The notes under the pieces are model-generated. The model saw only the letters and a list, made by a program, of their open reading frames with translations. It was not told the DNA's origin and did no database searches. A DNA stretch of 64,000 nt, taken from contig MU058531.1 of the NCBI GenBank assembly GCA_013265495.1, positions 3,038,911-3,102,910 of the forward strand. Direction: 5' to 3'. The stretch is from Vicugna vicugna. Its lineage: Eukaryota. The translations under genes and the position numbers were made by a program. Numbering within the stretch: position 1 is the stretch's first letter; each line of letters opens with the position of its first letter. Of this stretch, positions 12,655 through 25,754 are shown piece after piece.

Positions 12655-12807
12655 AACAACCATTTTTCTGACTTCATGGACAAACAAACTGGGTATGTCA
12701 CTAGGAACCTGCTGGCTACCCCCATCACGATGGGCAAGGAAGTTCTTGCTGTGGTTATGGCAGTTAACAAAGTCGAAGCAGCTGAATTTTCCAAACAGGA
12801 TGAGGAG
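12655..12807 (+). CDS. PDE6C: PDE6C exon 2 (153 nt)
   Basis: ttc[26 protein letters not shown]...[31 protein letters not shown] motif. Confidence 0.96.
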
Positions 12808-12911
12808 GTAATGCTAATCCTGGGCATCCCATCAGAGGCTCAGGAAACTTATTTGCTGTATAACTGAAAATAAGACGTCACCCCTCATTTGTTTTTCTCT
12901 GCCATCTGTAG

Positions 12912-13001
12912 GTCTTTTCCAAATACCTCAACTTTGTTTCTGTCATCCTAAAGCTTCATCATACCAACTACCTGTACAATATTGAATCCCGAAGAAGCCA
13001 G
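12912..13001 (+). CDS. PDE6C: PDE6C exon 3 (90 nt)
   Basis: tgt[38 protein letters not shown]. Confidence 0.95.
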
Positions 13002-14006
13002 GTAAAGGGGAGGTGACATTAGTCACTCCATGCTGACCTGCTGACAAATTCAGCACAGACACTTCCTATCAGTTGTGGAGGTTTAAGCCACAGAGAGTAG
13101 ATCCCCAAACTTCCATCCTCAGTGTCCTCTCATGGTCCTCTTCCTGCCCTCCCACCTGGCCTTCCTGCTCCTCTGTCTGTAGGTACAGATGGCTTGCTTT
13201 CTTCAGTCTATATCCTGGGTAGGGGTGGTTCCTTCCTCTGTGAGGTGGCGATGATAATTATAGTACCTACCCCACATGGTTGTTGTGACTATTAAATGGT
13301 CATTAGATGAATTAGCTCGCATAAAGCTCTTGGCAGTTCCTGGTACGTGGTAAAGGTATTACTTTGAGAAGCATATCAGTCCTCTGAAGTGTGTTGCCTC
13401 CTTGAAGAACACCACTGGTAGCCAGGCTACCTGAGTCTGGATTGCTCTGTGGACCTCAGTTTCTTCATTAGTACGATGGTGGGAGGGTGGTTGGGATGGA
13501 GCTTCCAAGGTCCCATCCCATTGTAATTGTCCAGGTCAGGTAACCTTTGACTAGCTCGAGATGCATGGAAGGAGGCATCTGGCTTTCTTCCCAAGAGGGC
13601 CAGAAGGAGCCAGTGGGCCACCAGTACTGGACCCTCTGCCCAGGGACCGTCTCTGCATTTACTGTTATTTGTGGGAGAGGGTGAGCTCCGCATCCTTCTA
13701 TTCCACCATCTTGAAGCCCTTCCTGCAGTTATTGTTAGATCACTTGCCCTTTGGAGACAAAACACTGGGACATGGGGACCAGTCATGGCTTCTCCCTTTT
13801 CATAAACCCACAGCCTTGCAGAGGTCTGCTCATCATCCCACTCAGAGAATCTGAGCAGTTTGTTGGATGTGTACACATTCAAAAATGGAATTGCAATGTT
13901 TGTTTATACATATTCATTTTATTTGATGCACCTCTGGTTTTCTTCTGACTCTGCTCTAGTTCTTTATAGTGTGTTTTGTTCTAATTGTTTTCTTTTTAAT
14001 ACCTAA

Positions 14007-14216
<210 letters not shown>

Positions 14217-14394
14217 TGATCCATTTAAAAAATTAATACACTATGTAAACTACCAGTTACCATAGATTGTAAGAACCAGTGCCACAAAAGTATGGTATAG
14301 AGGTAAAAATGTGCGTTTTGGAGTAAAAAAGATCTAGCTTGGTTTTTCCACTTCCTAGCTATATGTCTGCAGCAAGTCTTTAAAAAAATGATGA

Positions 14395-15970
14395 ACAGAC
14401 TTTATTCTTTTAGGGTAATTTTAAGTTTACAGAAAAAATGGGCAGAAAGATCAGAGGTTTTTCCATATGTCTTCTTTCTTCCCTACCACCCTGCCTTTCC
14501 CATATTATTAACATCTTGCCTTGATGTTGTACATTTGTTACAGTTGACTAATCAATATTGATATGTTATTATTAACTAAATTCCACAGTTTACTTTGGGG
14601 GTTCAGCTCTTTGCATTGTACAGTTTTATGGGTTTTGACAAATACATAGTCATATATCTGCCATTAATAGCATACAGAACAGTTTCCCTACCCTGCAGAC
14701 TCTCTGTGCTCCACCTGTTTGTCCTTCCCTCTCCCTACCCCAAGCCCCTGGCAACTACTGATATTTTTACTCCCTCTATAGCTTTGTCTTCTCCATAATG
14801 CCATATAGTTGGAATCATACAATATACAGCCTTTTCAGATTAAATGATCTCCCTTAGCAATATGCACTTACATTTCCTCCATGTGTTTTCATGGCTTGAG
14901 AGCTCATTTCTTTTTGATGCTGAATAATATTCCATTGTCTGGATACACAATAGTTTGCTTATCCATTCACCTACTGAAGAATATCTTGGTTGCTTCCAAA
15001 TTTTGGCAAATATGAGTAAAGCTGCTATTAATATTGTGTGTAGATTTTTGTGTGGACATAAGTTTTTACCTCCTTTGGGTAAATACCAAGGAGGGTTAAT
15101 GCTAGAAAATGTGATGAGACTGTTTAGCTTTGTAAGAAACAGCTAGATTGTCTTCCAAAGTGGCTGTGCCATTATGCATTCCCACTGGCAATAACTGAGA
15201 GTTCCTGTTGCTCCACATCCTTGCCAGCATTTGGTGTTGTCTATGTTCCAGATTTAGGTCATTCTAGTAGGTGTACAGTGGTATCTCATTGTTTTTTTAA
15301 TTTGCATTTTCTCATGACATGTGATGTAGGCATTTTTTCATATGCTTATTTCCATCTGTAGGTCTTCTTTAGTGAAATGTCTGCTCAGGTCTTTTGCCCA
15401 CTTTTTAATTGGGTGTTTTTTTTTTTATCATTCAGTTTTAAGAGTTATATATTTTGAATACAAATCCTGTACCGGATATGTGTTTTGCAAATATTCTCTT
15501 CTAGTCTGTGGCTTATCTTTTCAGCATCTTTTGCAGAGCAGAAGTTTTGCATTTTAATGAAGTCTAATTTTTTCATTTCTTGATGTTTCTAAAAAATCCC
15601 ACCAAACACAAGTTCACTTAGATTTTCTCCTATGTCATCTGGAAGTTTTATAATTTTATATTTTCCAATTAGGTCTATGATCCATTTTGAGTTATTTTTT
15701 GTGAAAGTCATGAGATCTTTGTCTAAACTCATCTTTTTGCATGTGGATGTCCAGTTGTTCCAGTACAATTGTTGAAAAGACTATTCTTTCTTCATTGCCT
15801 TTGCTCCTTTGCCAAAGATCAGTTGATTATATTTGTCTGTGTCTATTTCTGGGCTCTCTGCTCTGTTCCACTGATGTTTTGTCTATTCTTTCAGCAGTAT
15901 CACACTCTCTTGATTACTGTAGCTGTATAGTAAGTCTCGAATTCGGGTAGTGTCAGTTCTTTGACTCTTT
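14395..15970 (-). mobile_element. Old LINE-1 (L1M-type) 3' fragment
   Basis: Typical antisense L1 3'UTR/ORF2 text (ttccattgtctggata, ggttgcttccaa, gtgaaatgtctgctcaggtcttttgcccac). Confidence 0.85.
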
Positions 15971-15989
15971 CTTTTCAGCAAGTTCTTTT

Positions 15990-16162
15990 TTAAAATTTTT
16001 AAAAATTTTAAAGATCCTTTTATTTTACTTTTTTGTTTGTTTGTTTTTGATGGTGATGGGGAAGTAATTAGGTTTGTTTGTTTATTTGTTTGTTTGTATA
16101 TATGGAGGTACTGGGGATTGAACCCAGGACCTTGTTCATGCTAAGCACACACTCTCCTCACC
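15990..16162 (-). mobile_element. tRNA-derived SINE
   Basis: ggaggtactggggattgaacccaggacc; flanked by ttcagcaRgttctttt TSD. Confidence 0.8.
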
Positions 16163-16924
16163 TTCAGCAGGTTCTTTTAACCTTCTTGATTCTTGGTTCA
16201 CTCATCTGTAAAATGAAGACATCTCTCATCAGTTGTGAGGGTTTGAGATTATTTAGAAATTATATATTCATATCTACCTAATCTGTATCTTTGTGGTATC
16301 TAGCACATAGTGAGGCATAATAATAAACTATATTATCATGACCAGTTTGAGGATTTATATTCTGAAAAGTTAAAATTATTTTAAAGTAGAAATATGAAAT
16401 ATTTACTATTATTCACACAATATAATGCTCATTTCTCGTCTTCATTAATTGTGTTGGAGTTCTCCTAGTACAACATAACTGATGAACACCATATCATTTA
16501 TATTTATTACTCCCCATGTGATTGGAAATTATTTTTTCATGGTAATTGTTCTAAGTGGATAAACACAGGATCAAGTGTCAGAAGAGCTGTGTTCTGATCC
16601 TGGCTCTGGGACTTTCTAACTGCATGTATTGATTATTGATTATTTCTGAAAATAATATAAGACCCAGCTAAAAGTATCTTTAATAATATTATGGTTATTA
16701 TCTCATTTAAGAAAGTGTTCCAAAGTAGGGCAGTTCTAAGGCTGGTTAATTCAGAGCTCAGTGTAAAGTCCTAGGCACTTTTCATTTTTTACCTGTCAAA
16801 ATCTTTGCTACTTTCAACATAGCTAATGAGGTCTCTTCTTATGGTGGCAAGATAGCTATTGCAGCTCAAAATGCATAGACTTGACAGAATTTGAAGACAT
16901 TTCCTACAAATACCATTTTTATTA

Positions 16925-17017
16925 CTTTTCCTTTATATTAATGGAGGTACCTGGGATTGAACCGAGCACCCCGTGCATGTTGAGCATATGCTCTACCACT
17001 AAGCTATACCCGCTCCC
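16925..17017 (-). mobile_element. tRNA-derived SINE
   Basis: ggaggtacctgggattgaacc...ctctaccactaagctatacc. Confidence 0.8.
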
Positions 17018-17610
17018 GTCATTACTTTTCGTCGGAAGAAAACCTTCCCCCAGAAGCCCCTTGGCAGACTTCTCCCCTTTCTTCATTGTCCAGCACTGGG
17101 CCACATACCTGCCCTCAAACTAATCCCGGCACCTTGTATAGACCACTCTCGGGCTTCTCTGAATAAATTACCACCTGATACCTAAATAAAATCAAGTTCC
17201 GTTAGCAGGGAAGAGGCGGAGAATGAATGTTGAGTAAGGCAACCCAAACTGCTGGCCACTCTGCTGACCTTGGCCAAACCTCTTAACCTTTCTGGATTTA
17301 GTTTAATTGTCTATAAAAGAGCCATTATATATTGAGGGCTTTTAACTGTGTGTCAGAGTAGGTGCTCTGTATTATTCATTTAATCCACACAATGACCCTA
17401 TAGTATACATTTCATTATTATCCCCATTTTATGGATTAAAGAGGTTGACTTGTTGACAGTCACAAGTTCATAAGCAGTATTGCTGGAAGAGAGCTTCAAA
17501 ATTCCAGAATTATAAATTAACATAAAACATGCCAATACATGACATTTATGTAAGATATTGTAAGTCACGGAACAGTTTGCTTAATAATGTTTAACTGTGA
17601 TTGCCTCCAG

Positions 17611-17685
17611 GAATTCTATGATGAATGGCCAGTCAAGCTTGGAGAAGTCGAGCCTTATAAAGGTCCAAAGACACCAGATGGCAGA
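17611..17685 (+). CDS. PDE6C: PDE6C exon 5 (75 nt)
   Basis: cc[33 protein letters not shown]. Confidence 0.96.
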
Positions 17686-17824
17686 GTAAGTGCAAACATC
17701 TTCCTTGATGATATCTGTGCATGGTACCAGGGGCTAAAACCAGAGGAGGCCATACATAGAGGAAAGAGCATTGACCCAAGAAGTACTGAGTTCTAGTCCT
17801 GTAACTTCCTGGGAGACCTTGGAG

Positions 17825-17945
17825 TAGTAGAAAGAGCACTGGACAAGGAGTCTGAGGTTCAAGTCTCAGCTCTGACCCAAGCCAGCTGGATGGCCCTCAC
17901 CTTAACTCATTGTTTAACTTCTCAGTTTCCTTTCCTGTGAAGCCA
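17825..17945 (+). mobile_element. MIR SINE
   Basis: gaaagagcactggac...ggttcaagtctcagctctg...aacttctcagtttcct. Confidence 0.6.
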
Positions 17946-18695
17946 GGATCTGGTGGATCAGTGCTTTTCAATAGGGAGGGAATGCAATTAGAGCCTCCTG
18001 CACAGTTTTTTAAACACACTGTGCCCAAGCCCTCTTCTACACACTGGATTGGGGTCTCTAGGGAAGGGTTGGGTTAAATTAACTTTCCCCTTTGACTGCA
18101 AGCTTCACAGGAAGCTTGTTCACTACCTTGTTCCCAGCACACAGCAAAAGAAAGGTATGGGATGGAATATTCAGGCTCTTCATCTGCCCAAAGAAGTAGA
18201 GAGACTAGTTCTCAAGTCTCTTCCAGTTTTGACAAAGTAGCCACCGAATCCTGTCTCTGAGACACCTGTTCAAATAAGCGAGTGCTGGAAGGGGGTAAGT
18301 GCTCACTGTATAGCTGGGCAGGGAAAACACTGAGGTTGAGAAATTCCATGACTTGTTCCACTGAAGTGATCAGTCAGGGATTTCCGGACAATAGAAAGAA
18401 ATTAAAAGAAATTAATGGAAGGAAATTAAAAGAGAAACCAAGATCCCTCTAGAAGCTGTTTGGGTGAATTCAGCGTTCTAAAATCAGTTCAACAGGCTTG
18501 TTGATAAGTGGCCAATAATATTTCTAGTCTTATTACAAGCTTGCGTTAGGATATGAGTAGTTTAGTCATTTATATTGTGCAGAGAAATGTCGTTGGGAAA
18601 TACAGCACTATTGAAATTTTAAAGTATAAGTTCATTAAGGGAAAGTGTTTTCTTTGGGAAGTAAGATTTTTCTCGTATTCTCTCTTTCCTCTTAG

Positions 18696-18760
18696 GAAGT
18701 CATCTTTTACAAAATCATCGATTACATTTTACATGGAAAAGAAGAGATCAAAGTCATTCC
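18696..18760 (+). CDS. PDE6C: PDE6C exon 6 (65 nt)
   Basis: cttAG|EVIFYKIIDYILHGKEEIKVI(P)|GTGAGT. Confidence 0.95.
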
Positions 18761-18863
18761 GTGAGTATTGTCATGAAACAGCTGCAGACGTTGCCCTTTT
18801 ATTTCTGCACGTGGTGCATTTCTCTGTCTAGCAATGATTTTCTTTCTTCTAATCTTCCTCAAG

Positions 18864-18930
18864 GACCCCTCCCGCAGACCACTGGACGCTTGTTAGTGGG
18901 TTGCCAACATACGTTGCTGAAAATGGATTT
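18864..18930 (+). CDS. PDE6C: PDE6C exon 7 (67 nt)
   Basis: caAG|(P)TPPADHWTLVSGLPTYVAENGF|GTAAGT; phase matches exon 6. Confidence 0.95.
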
Positions 18931-21055
18931 GTAAGTTATTGAACAACTTTAAATCTTAAATAATGGTGGAGGAAACTCTTCTTAGCTAAGAGATCAGAAC
19001 ACTTGTGAAAGCAAGAATCCCCCAGGTAAGGGTGAGGTGGCCACTTTGGCACAGGACATAGGAGAGAGGCATCCTGGCCGTCGAATGTAGGTGAACTAGA
19101 GACTCCTCAACTCTACAAGAAAATATTTGGTTGACATGAGAAGGATTGATCCATCTCCTAACTTCTTATTCTGCAGCCACACAAAGGTCAGACATCCTTT
19201 GGCAGTTTGTGACTGTGAATCATGCTGGGTTTAATTTGATATCAAGTCCAGTTCCCTTGGTCAAGACTTTTGACACATGGAACATTACTGACAAAAAAGA
19301 AAAATGCATAAAGAAAGAACTTGCTAGTTGCAGTGCAAAATGTAGTGAGTTGATAGAAGAAATGAAGATTTTTGCCCTGGGCTCTCAGGTGGGGGTGGGA
19401 TGGGGTGCACATTTGGGCAGCTCTGGCTAAGAGAGGTCAGGGGTGGGAAGACAACAAACAAGAGGTCTCTGGTAGGTCCCACAGGCCTCCAGGCCAGAGG
19501 ACCAGGGTACCCAGAGCTTTCCCACTTGGCCTCCACCTGGCTTTTCTTCCTTCTCACGGCTGCTTCTCTCCCTAGTTGGGTTTCTCCACTGTCTGTGTCA
19601 GATTTGGGGCAGCAAGATTACTCCGGGGAAGAATGTTCGATGCTTTCAACATTTTTTTATGTTGGCCATTTTCTTTCTTCCCCCTTCAAACCCAAGTTTC
19701 TAAAAAAACCATTTTTTTACAGCATTTATTTGCAGAGTTGTTTTCCTTTGGCGTTGTCGTGATGTTTTTGTCAGTGTTCACACATCTTCATTACAGAGTA
19801 AATGGGCACGTACGTTACAGGGACTGAAAGAGTCACCCAAGGGCCATAGGGAAAGTGAAATGAAATCTAGGTGGTCTAGTAAAAGTTTTCTCTTTTACTG
19901 TCACAAATTTGCCTCTGTTGACTGTGAAAATTTCTGGGTTCAGAATGGTAGCAGAGTAAAGAAAATTCTGTTGTGACTGCAAGGTAATCTGTATACATAG
20001 GGATGTTTCATTCTAGGTTTTTAAACCCTGGCCCTGTTGGTGACTAAACCCTGGGCTTAGCTGGTGACAGGACTAGGTGGCCTCACAGGTGACATGATCT
20101 CTTTCCTCAGTGTAGAGACATGCCAAAGGGGAAGAAAAGGAAAAGAAGAGAGAAGCAATCTTAGGTCTGTTAAGAATAAACAGCAATGTGTACAACAAAT
20201 GTCATATTTTCAAAATTGCTCCAGAATAATTGAAATCTTTTTAAATAGCATTGTCAACTTGGTAGTAATGACCAAAACATTCCAATTCATTCCTAACTGA
20301 ATCCACAGATACCACAAAAATTTTCAGCCTCATCAAATAGCCAAATAGCTTGACCACTGCTCCCAGTCCTCAGTTTGCTGGCAGCCCATCTCCCAGGCCC
20401 CTATTTAGAACTTTTATCAAGTCTGATGCTCCCAAAGCTGCCACAGCCAGTATAAAGGAATGTGTGCCCCATTTTTTAAGCACCTCTTCTCTTCTAGATG
20501 TTTCCTAGATAAACATACTATTGTCCAAAAATGAATTTGGAGAAAGCTAACACATCAAAAGCCAACTCATTGAATGGTTCACTGCCATGTCATCAATTTA
20601 CCATTTAACCAATTTGCCAAAGCCAATTCCCAAAGCTGAGGAGGAATTCCACCCCTCCCCCACATTTCGGTTCTGTCACAGATTCACTGCATTTTCTTTA
20701 CTGCTGCCTTTCAGATCTCAGCTCCTGCCCTTGGCCCCACCCCGGCTCTTATCCCTTCTGCTGGTAGCCCAAGACTGATGGCAAACTGGTGTAAATCTAG
20801 TTTAAGGTATTTCTCACCAAATTGCTCATCAGGCAAATTAGCATTCCCTGAGTGATTTTCAGAGACTAGAGCCATTTCCCGGGACTCCAGAACTGGGGTG
20901 AACATATATCCCATTTGGTATGGAATAACCTCTATTTATGCCTGTTGTCCTCATGAGTTATTAATAGTCTTCCCTGTCACTCTCTAATGTGTCACCCTAT
21001 ACTATGTACTTGCAAGAGGCAGGATGCACTAAAAATATACTTTTTGTGTGTAGTA

Positions 21056-21269
21056 CAGGATTTCTCACACTTGCCACTACTGACATTTGGGGCTAGATAA
21101 TTCACTGTAGTGGGGGGCTGTCCTCTGCTTTGTAGGGTTTTTAGCAGCCTCCTTGCCCTCTACCAATTAGGTACCAGTAGCTCCACCCTGCTTGTGACAA
21201 ACCAAAATGTCTCAGATATTTGCTAAGTGAACCTGGAGGGTAAAATCACCCTTGGCTGAAACCCACTGG
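21056..21269. mobile_element. MER20 (hAT-Charlie) DNA transposon
   Basis: actgacatttggggctagataatt...gtgacaaaccaaaatgtctc...aaaatcacccttggctgaaacccactgg. Confidence 0.8.
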
Positions 21270-21525
21270 CCTAGAGGGTATCAAACATTTCAGCAGACCC
21301 AGCCAGCCCAGTGCCATCCCTGGGTGCCTCCTGTAATATGGGGGTGGGTTCTGGGGAAGAGAGCAAGAGGCTGTGACTCAGGAGCCCCAGGTGCAATGAC
21401 CCAGGCCTGCCTTGGGCAAATCCCTTGACCAATCTGGGTATGTATGTATTTAATACTTTAATGTATTTTAATAGCAAACTTACAGGAATAGCACAGAAGA
21501 CAGACAACATTAAAAATACATACTT

Positions 21526-21734
21526 GCAACTAGCTGTTCAGACCAAGGAGAGGAGGAAGCTAAGAGAAAGGCCTTTCTGCCCAGGGAAGGAGTGGCCGCA
21601 ATTTTCTTTCTTTTCTTTTGTTTTCCTTCTTTCTTTTTTTTTCTGATGTGGGATCTGGGTGGAAGAAGATGGCTAAGGGGCAGGAAGAAAAAGCCAGACA
21701 GCCTTTTACGGTCACCAAGGTAAATATTCACTAT
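21526..21734 (+). repeat. Left arm of long inverted repeat in PDE6C intron 7
   Basis: Hand alignment to the reverse complement of 23057-23263: 19 mismatches and 2 single-base indels over 209 bp. Confidence 0.95.
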
Positions 21735-23056
21735 AAGACATAGCTTTAATACCAAATTCAGAGGCTATTGCTCACACCCATAAGGAGAAGAAATCATTCC
21801 ATTTTTGGTAATTTTGAATTATCCTTAAATTGGCTCAAATCCACAAATGGGTCTTAATAAGAGGCTATTTCTTCCCACCAAAGTTATATAAGATTCTTGA
21901 ATCATAGCATTTTAAAGTTGGAAGGCATTTTCACAATTAAGTTCAAGCTTTTCCTTTCAAAGATGAAGAAGGAGAAGCTCCAAGAGGTTGTGATGTTGTT
22001 CAAATTCGTGGACTGAAACTAGATCTGGGATGTCTGGGGAGGGTGCTGATGGATCACCTCTCCTGGCGAGGGGTGGGGAAAGCCCTCATTTGTATCATTT
22101 GCCAGTTGCCATGTTGTAGCTCCACCATGGGGATTTCAAGCTTCCAACAGTTTAACAACTTGCTCACCAAATTCCTGAAGATCGAATCATCAGGTGAGTA
22201 GGGAGGAGCAGGCTTCTACACCCACTACACTAACGCTGGGACCCCTCTGGCACAAGAGAAGTGCTTTCTGAGAGTGGTTGAGCCACGTCAGCTATTTTTG
22301 TATTACTCTTACAAAGCAAGTGTGAAAATCTTGCAAAGTTTTTGTTATTAGATATAGCTTAGGAATTTAAGGATTCATTTGTGATACGCATTAATTTTAT
22401 GATCTAAGTTGAGTAACATGAACTGATTGGCTGAGCATCCTTCAGGTGTGTTTTAAAGAGGCAAGAAGCAGTTTAGTTCTCTTTTCTGACCTTTCCATCG
22501 ACAATACCTGTTTTAGTCCAGACTTTTCAGGCCTCCAGAGAACATCTACAGTCGGGTTAGGTCCTAGAGACCAAGCTTTTTACTCAATATCCAAAAATCC
22601 TGTCTTCCTCCCATCTCTTAAGTTTATAGGTCAAATTGAGTCCAGCTTGGTTTTATCCTGTATTGAATGCCTCCAATTCTACAAATGTAGTTCTACAGAC
22701 CAATTTTCGTTTTTAATGTCTAATGTTTTCAACTCTAAAAAGTGACTGAAGTCTGCTGTTTTGCATTCAGAGCTGGGATTTACTGGCTTAGTGAGAATGC
22801 TGTGGGCATGTGTTCCCCTAAGTCCGGCGAGGCCCAGCTCGCCTGAAAGCCTGACTTTACTCTGTTAAAAAGGGTTTGTGAGAAAATTATCAAGGGAAAA
22901 GTTTGAAAAAGCTAAAAGGAAAAGTTTCAAGCAGTTTAGAGGAGTGTCAAAAATGTACAAATAATTACGATTCAAATTGCAGATCATTTTTATTATCCAG
23001 AAAATAGCATTGAAAGATTCTTGGAGGCCCCATCTCTTAAATAATTAGGTTAGGTC

Positions 23057-23263
23057 ATAGTGAATATTTACCTTGGTGTCCCTAAACAGCTGTCTGGCTT
23101 TTGCTTCCTGCACCTTAGCTATCTTCTTCCACCCAGATCCCATATCAGAAAAAAAAGAAAGAAAGGAAACAAAAGGAAAGAAGGAAGATTGCGGCCACAC
23201 TTTCCCTGGCAGAAAGGCCTTTCTCTTAGCTTCCTCTTCTCCTTGGTCGGAAGAGGTAGTTGC
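23057..23263 (-). repeat. Right arm of long inverted repeat in PDE6C intron 7
   Basis: Reverse complement of 21526-21734; also visible as near-identical opposite-strand ORF peptides (GRKAFLLASSSPWSE). Confidence 0.95.
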
Positions 23264-23367
23264 TTTCACTTTGGAAGAAGAATCCTTAGAGGCTGAGAGA
23301 GTAGGAAGGACCAGAGATGGGACTAAATGTCATCCAATGACTTAATTAGCGGAAGAGAAGCTAACTC

Positions 23368-23820
23368 TGTTACCCACCCAGGTCTCTTTAATCAATAGCA
23401 ATTGGTAAGAGGCCAAAGGAGAAATTCAGGCAAGGCTTTATTGGGACTCGTGCTGCTGCAGGAGGGATGGAAAACAAGAAACAGGTGCCCTTGTTCTTTT
23501 TCTACAGGGCTGGGGTTGGGTGGGAGGGGCGAGCTGGTTCCTTAAATGGGGTGAGGGTAGGGGTGGGTCAGTGGGTGGGGCTGGAGGGGGTGGCTTAGGT
23601 GGTGCCGTGGGCTGGGATCACGCCAGCACCCTGCTTTTGCTCCAGACGCCTCAGGAGTGGCAGAGGCCTTTTTTGTATCTTACTGTAATTTGCCCCCAGC
23701 TAACCATGCAGGTAGTTATTTTTAGACCCCTAGAGCTGCTTTGTATTCTATTTCTCAAGGAGACGTTTGCTCAGATGCAAGCACTTGGGGGTAAAGGGTC
23801 CCAGGTCCTGGCCTGTCTCA
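23368..23820 (-). mobile_element. Probable solo ERV LTR
   Basis: TG...CA termini (tgttacc...gcctgtctca; minus strand begins TGAGACAGGCCAGGACCTGGGACCC) and minus-strand AATAAA near 23437-23442; no clean TSD seen. Confidence 0.55.
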
Positions 23821-23991
23821 GCTGCAGTGTGCTGTTGGCAAACTTGGCCTTGCTGAGGGCCCAGGGTGAGTAGTCTGCCCGCGAGCAGAGGAGAGCTAAG
23901 GAGGAAACCCTTGCCCCCGCGTTCTTTCTCATTCTGCTTTGTGGCTCCACCAGGTGATGTTTCAGCACTTTTGTCTCCTCTTGCTTTACAG

Positions 23992-24039
23992 ATCTGTAAC
24001 ATGCTGAATGCCCCTGCTGATGAATACTTCACGTTTCAG
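23992..24039 (+). CDS. PDE6C: PDE6C exon 8 (48 nt)
   Basis: tacAG|ICNMLNAPADEYFTFQ|GTAACT. Confidence 0.95.
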
Positions 24040-25754
24040 GTAACTGCCCTCTGCCAGGCCTCACCGGCCAGTTAGGGGAGGAAGGCCAGCTCTGCCCCTT
24101 CTCCGTCCCCAGAGTCGGCCTATGCTCAACGGTGACCAGGAGGCACTGGATGGGGCTTCTGTCCTGCTCACCCTGGCTAGGCTGGTGGCCACCAAGTGGC
24201 AGGTTCTTCAGGGAAGGATGGAGGGAGGAGAAGGAGGAGAGTGAGTGAAGGAGACAGGGAGGGGGGTGGTCCTGCCATTTCTCCATCCTCTCCCACCCCT
24301 GGTCATCTAGTGCCTAAAACCGTGCCTGGCACACCAGGCATGTTAAGTAAGTGTTCTTTGTATGAACGATTAGCTGGACACATCCTCCCACCTGGATTCA
24401 GCCCTTTAGAGGCTTTCCTGGTCCTTCCCTGCAGTTTATTGAAGCTGTTAACAGGGAGGAAAAATACCTGCTTGTTGGGTTCTTGGGGCCTCTCTTGCTA
24501 TCGGACTCTTGATTTTATCTTTCCTCCTCCAAAATCCAGAGATCCTCCTCCCACCCCCTACCCACCCAACTGCAGGGGATGAACTGGCATTTGGCCTGGC
24601 AGCTTCTCCTTCTCTGCTTTCTGGCCCTTGCTGTACTGAGTCCTGTTTCAATATCCAGTTGGAGCCCTGCCCCAGACAGGAGTAGAGAGTGCCCTCCCGG
24701 TGGGGACCACTAGTGTCTGTGTTCTGGTCCCTCACACAGACACCCCCCAGGGCCCCACCCCTGCCCACGTGGTGAAGCCAGCCTGGGGGTGCGGGTGAGG
24801 GGTGCGCCCTCAGCAGAAGTGGTCCAGGCCCAGCCCCGAGAAGCCTGCACACTTGCTCAGTTACAGGGCAGGTTTCCCCGGGCTCTGCCCGCTCGTCCCT
24901 CTGCTCACCGACGTGGAAACACGCAGACTCCTTGTGCATTTGCTCCAGCTCCTTCCTCCTTGCAGCCAAAGGCTTAATCCTGACCCCTCTATGGCAGTTG
25001 GCTGCCAGGAAAGACCATAGGCAGGAAAAAGGGGACAAGGACTCTCTATAAAGTGTCTGAACCTTAAAGTCATTGTCTAAACAGGGAGGGCAGGAGAACT
25101 GGCTGCGCTCTGAGGTTTAAGGGCCTGTGGCTCCCATGGGAGCAGCCCCACAGGGGCTCTGATAGCACATAAACCTCCAGCCCCTAGGAATTTCCCAGCT
25201 CCCCAAGAAACATCAGTGTGATGCCCATAAAAACTTGGTTCTCAGTCCTCTGCCTGTGGGAAAGATGACCATCCAATGGCGGCTGGGTTCAGAAATCAAC
25301 TGTTAGTGCCAAGGCTACCCTTCCCATGGGCCAAGACACTAACACAGGCTAGTCCTGGGAGACGCCAGATGGTTCTGACCCCGCTGTTGGCCCTAGGAAT
25401 CCCTTACAGCCCTGCGAGCTTTTCTAGGACTGCACTGGGGTCTAAGACACTCTGTCCTCCTCTGTCTTAGCCCGGGCCTAGGACTGCATCTTGATGGGCT
25501 GTCAGCCTCCTCGGCTCCCGGCCCGTTTTCCTTGAGGGCATCAGCCCTGTGGATCATCCCAAGGACCCCTTCCCCACCCAGCCTCCACCCTCGAGGCCTT
25601 CCCATACTCTCTCCACCTGCTCACACCCTCCTCTATTCTCACCAGCCTTGCACCCTAGAAGTTTAATGGACAAACCAATGATTCATAGTGAATTACGGTC
25701 AGAGCAGACCTGCTAAGCCAGTGGTTCTCAAACTACGTTCCTTGGGGGGCCTGG

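Noticed and set aside
20555..20870. Very degenerate inverted similarity (caatttgcca / tggcaaactgg)
   Set aside because: Too diverged to align by eye; most likely an ancient DNA-transposon relic
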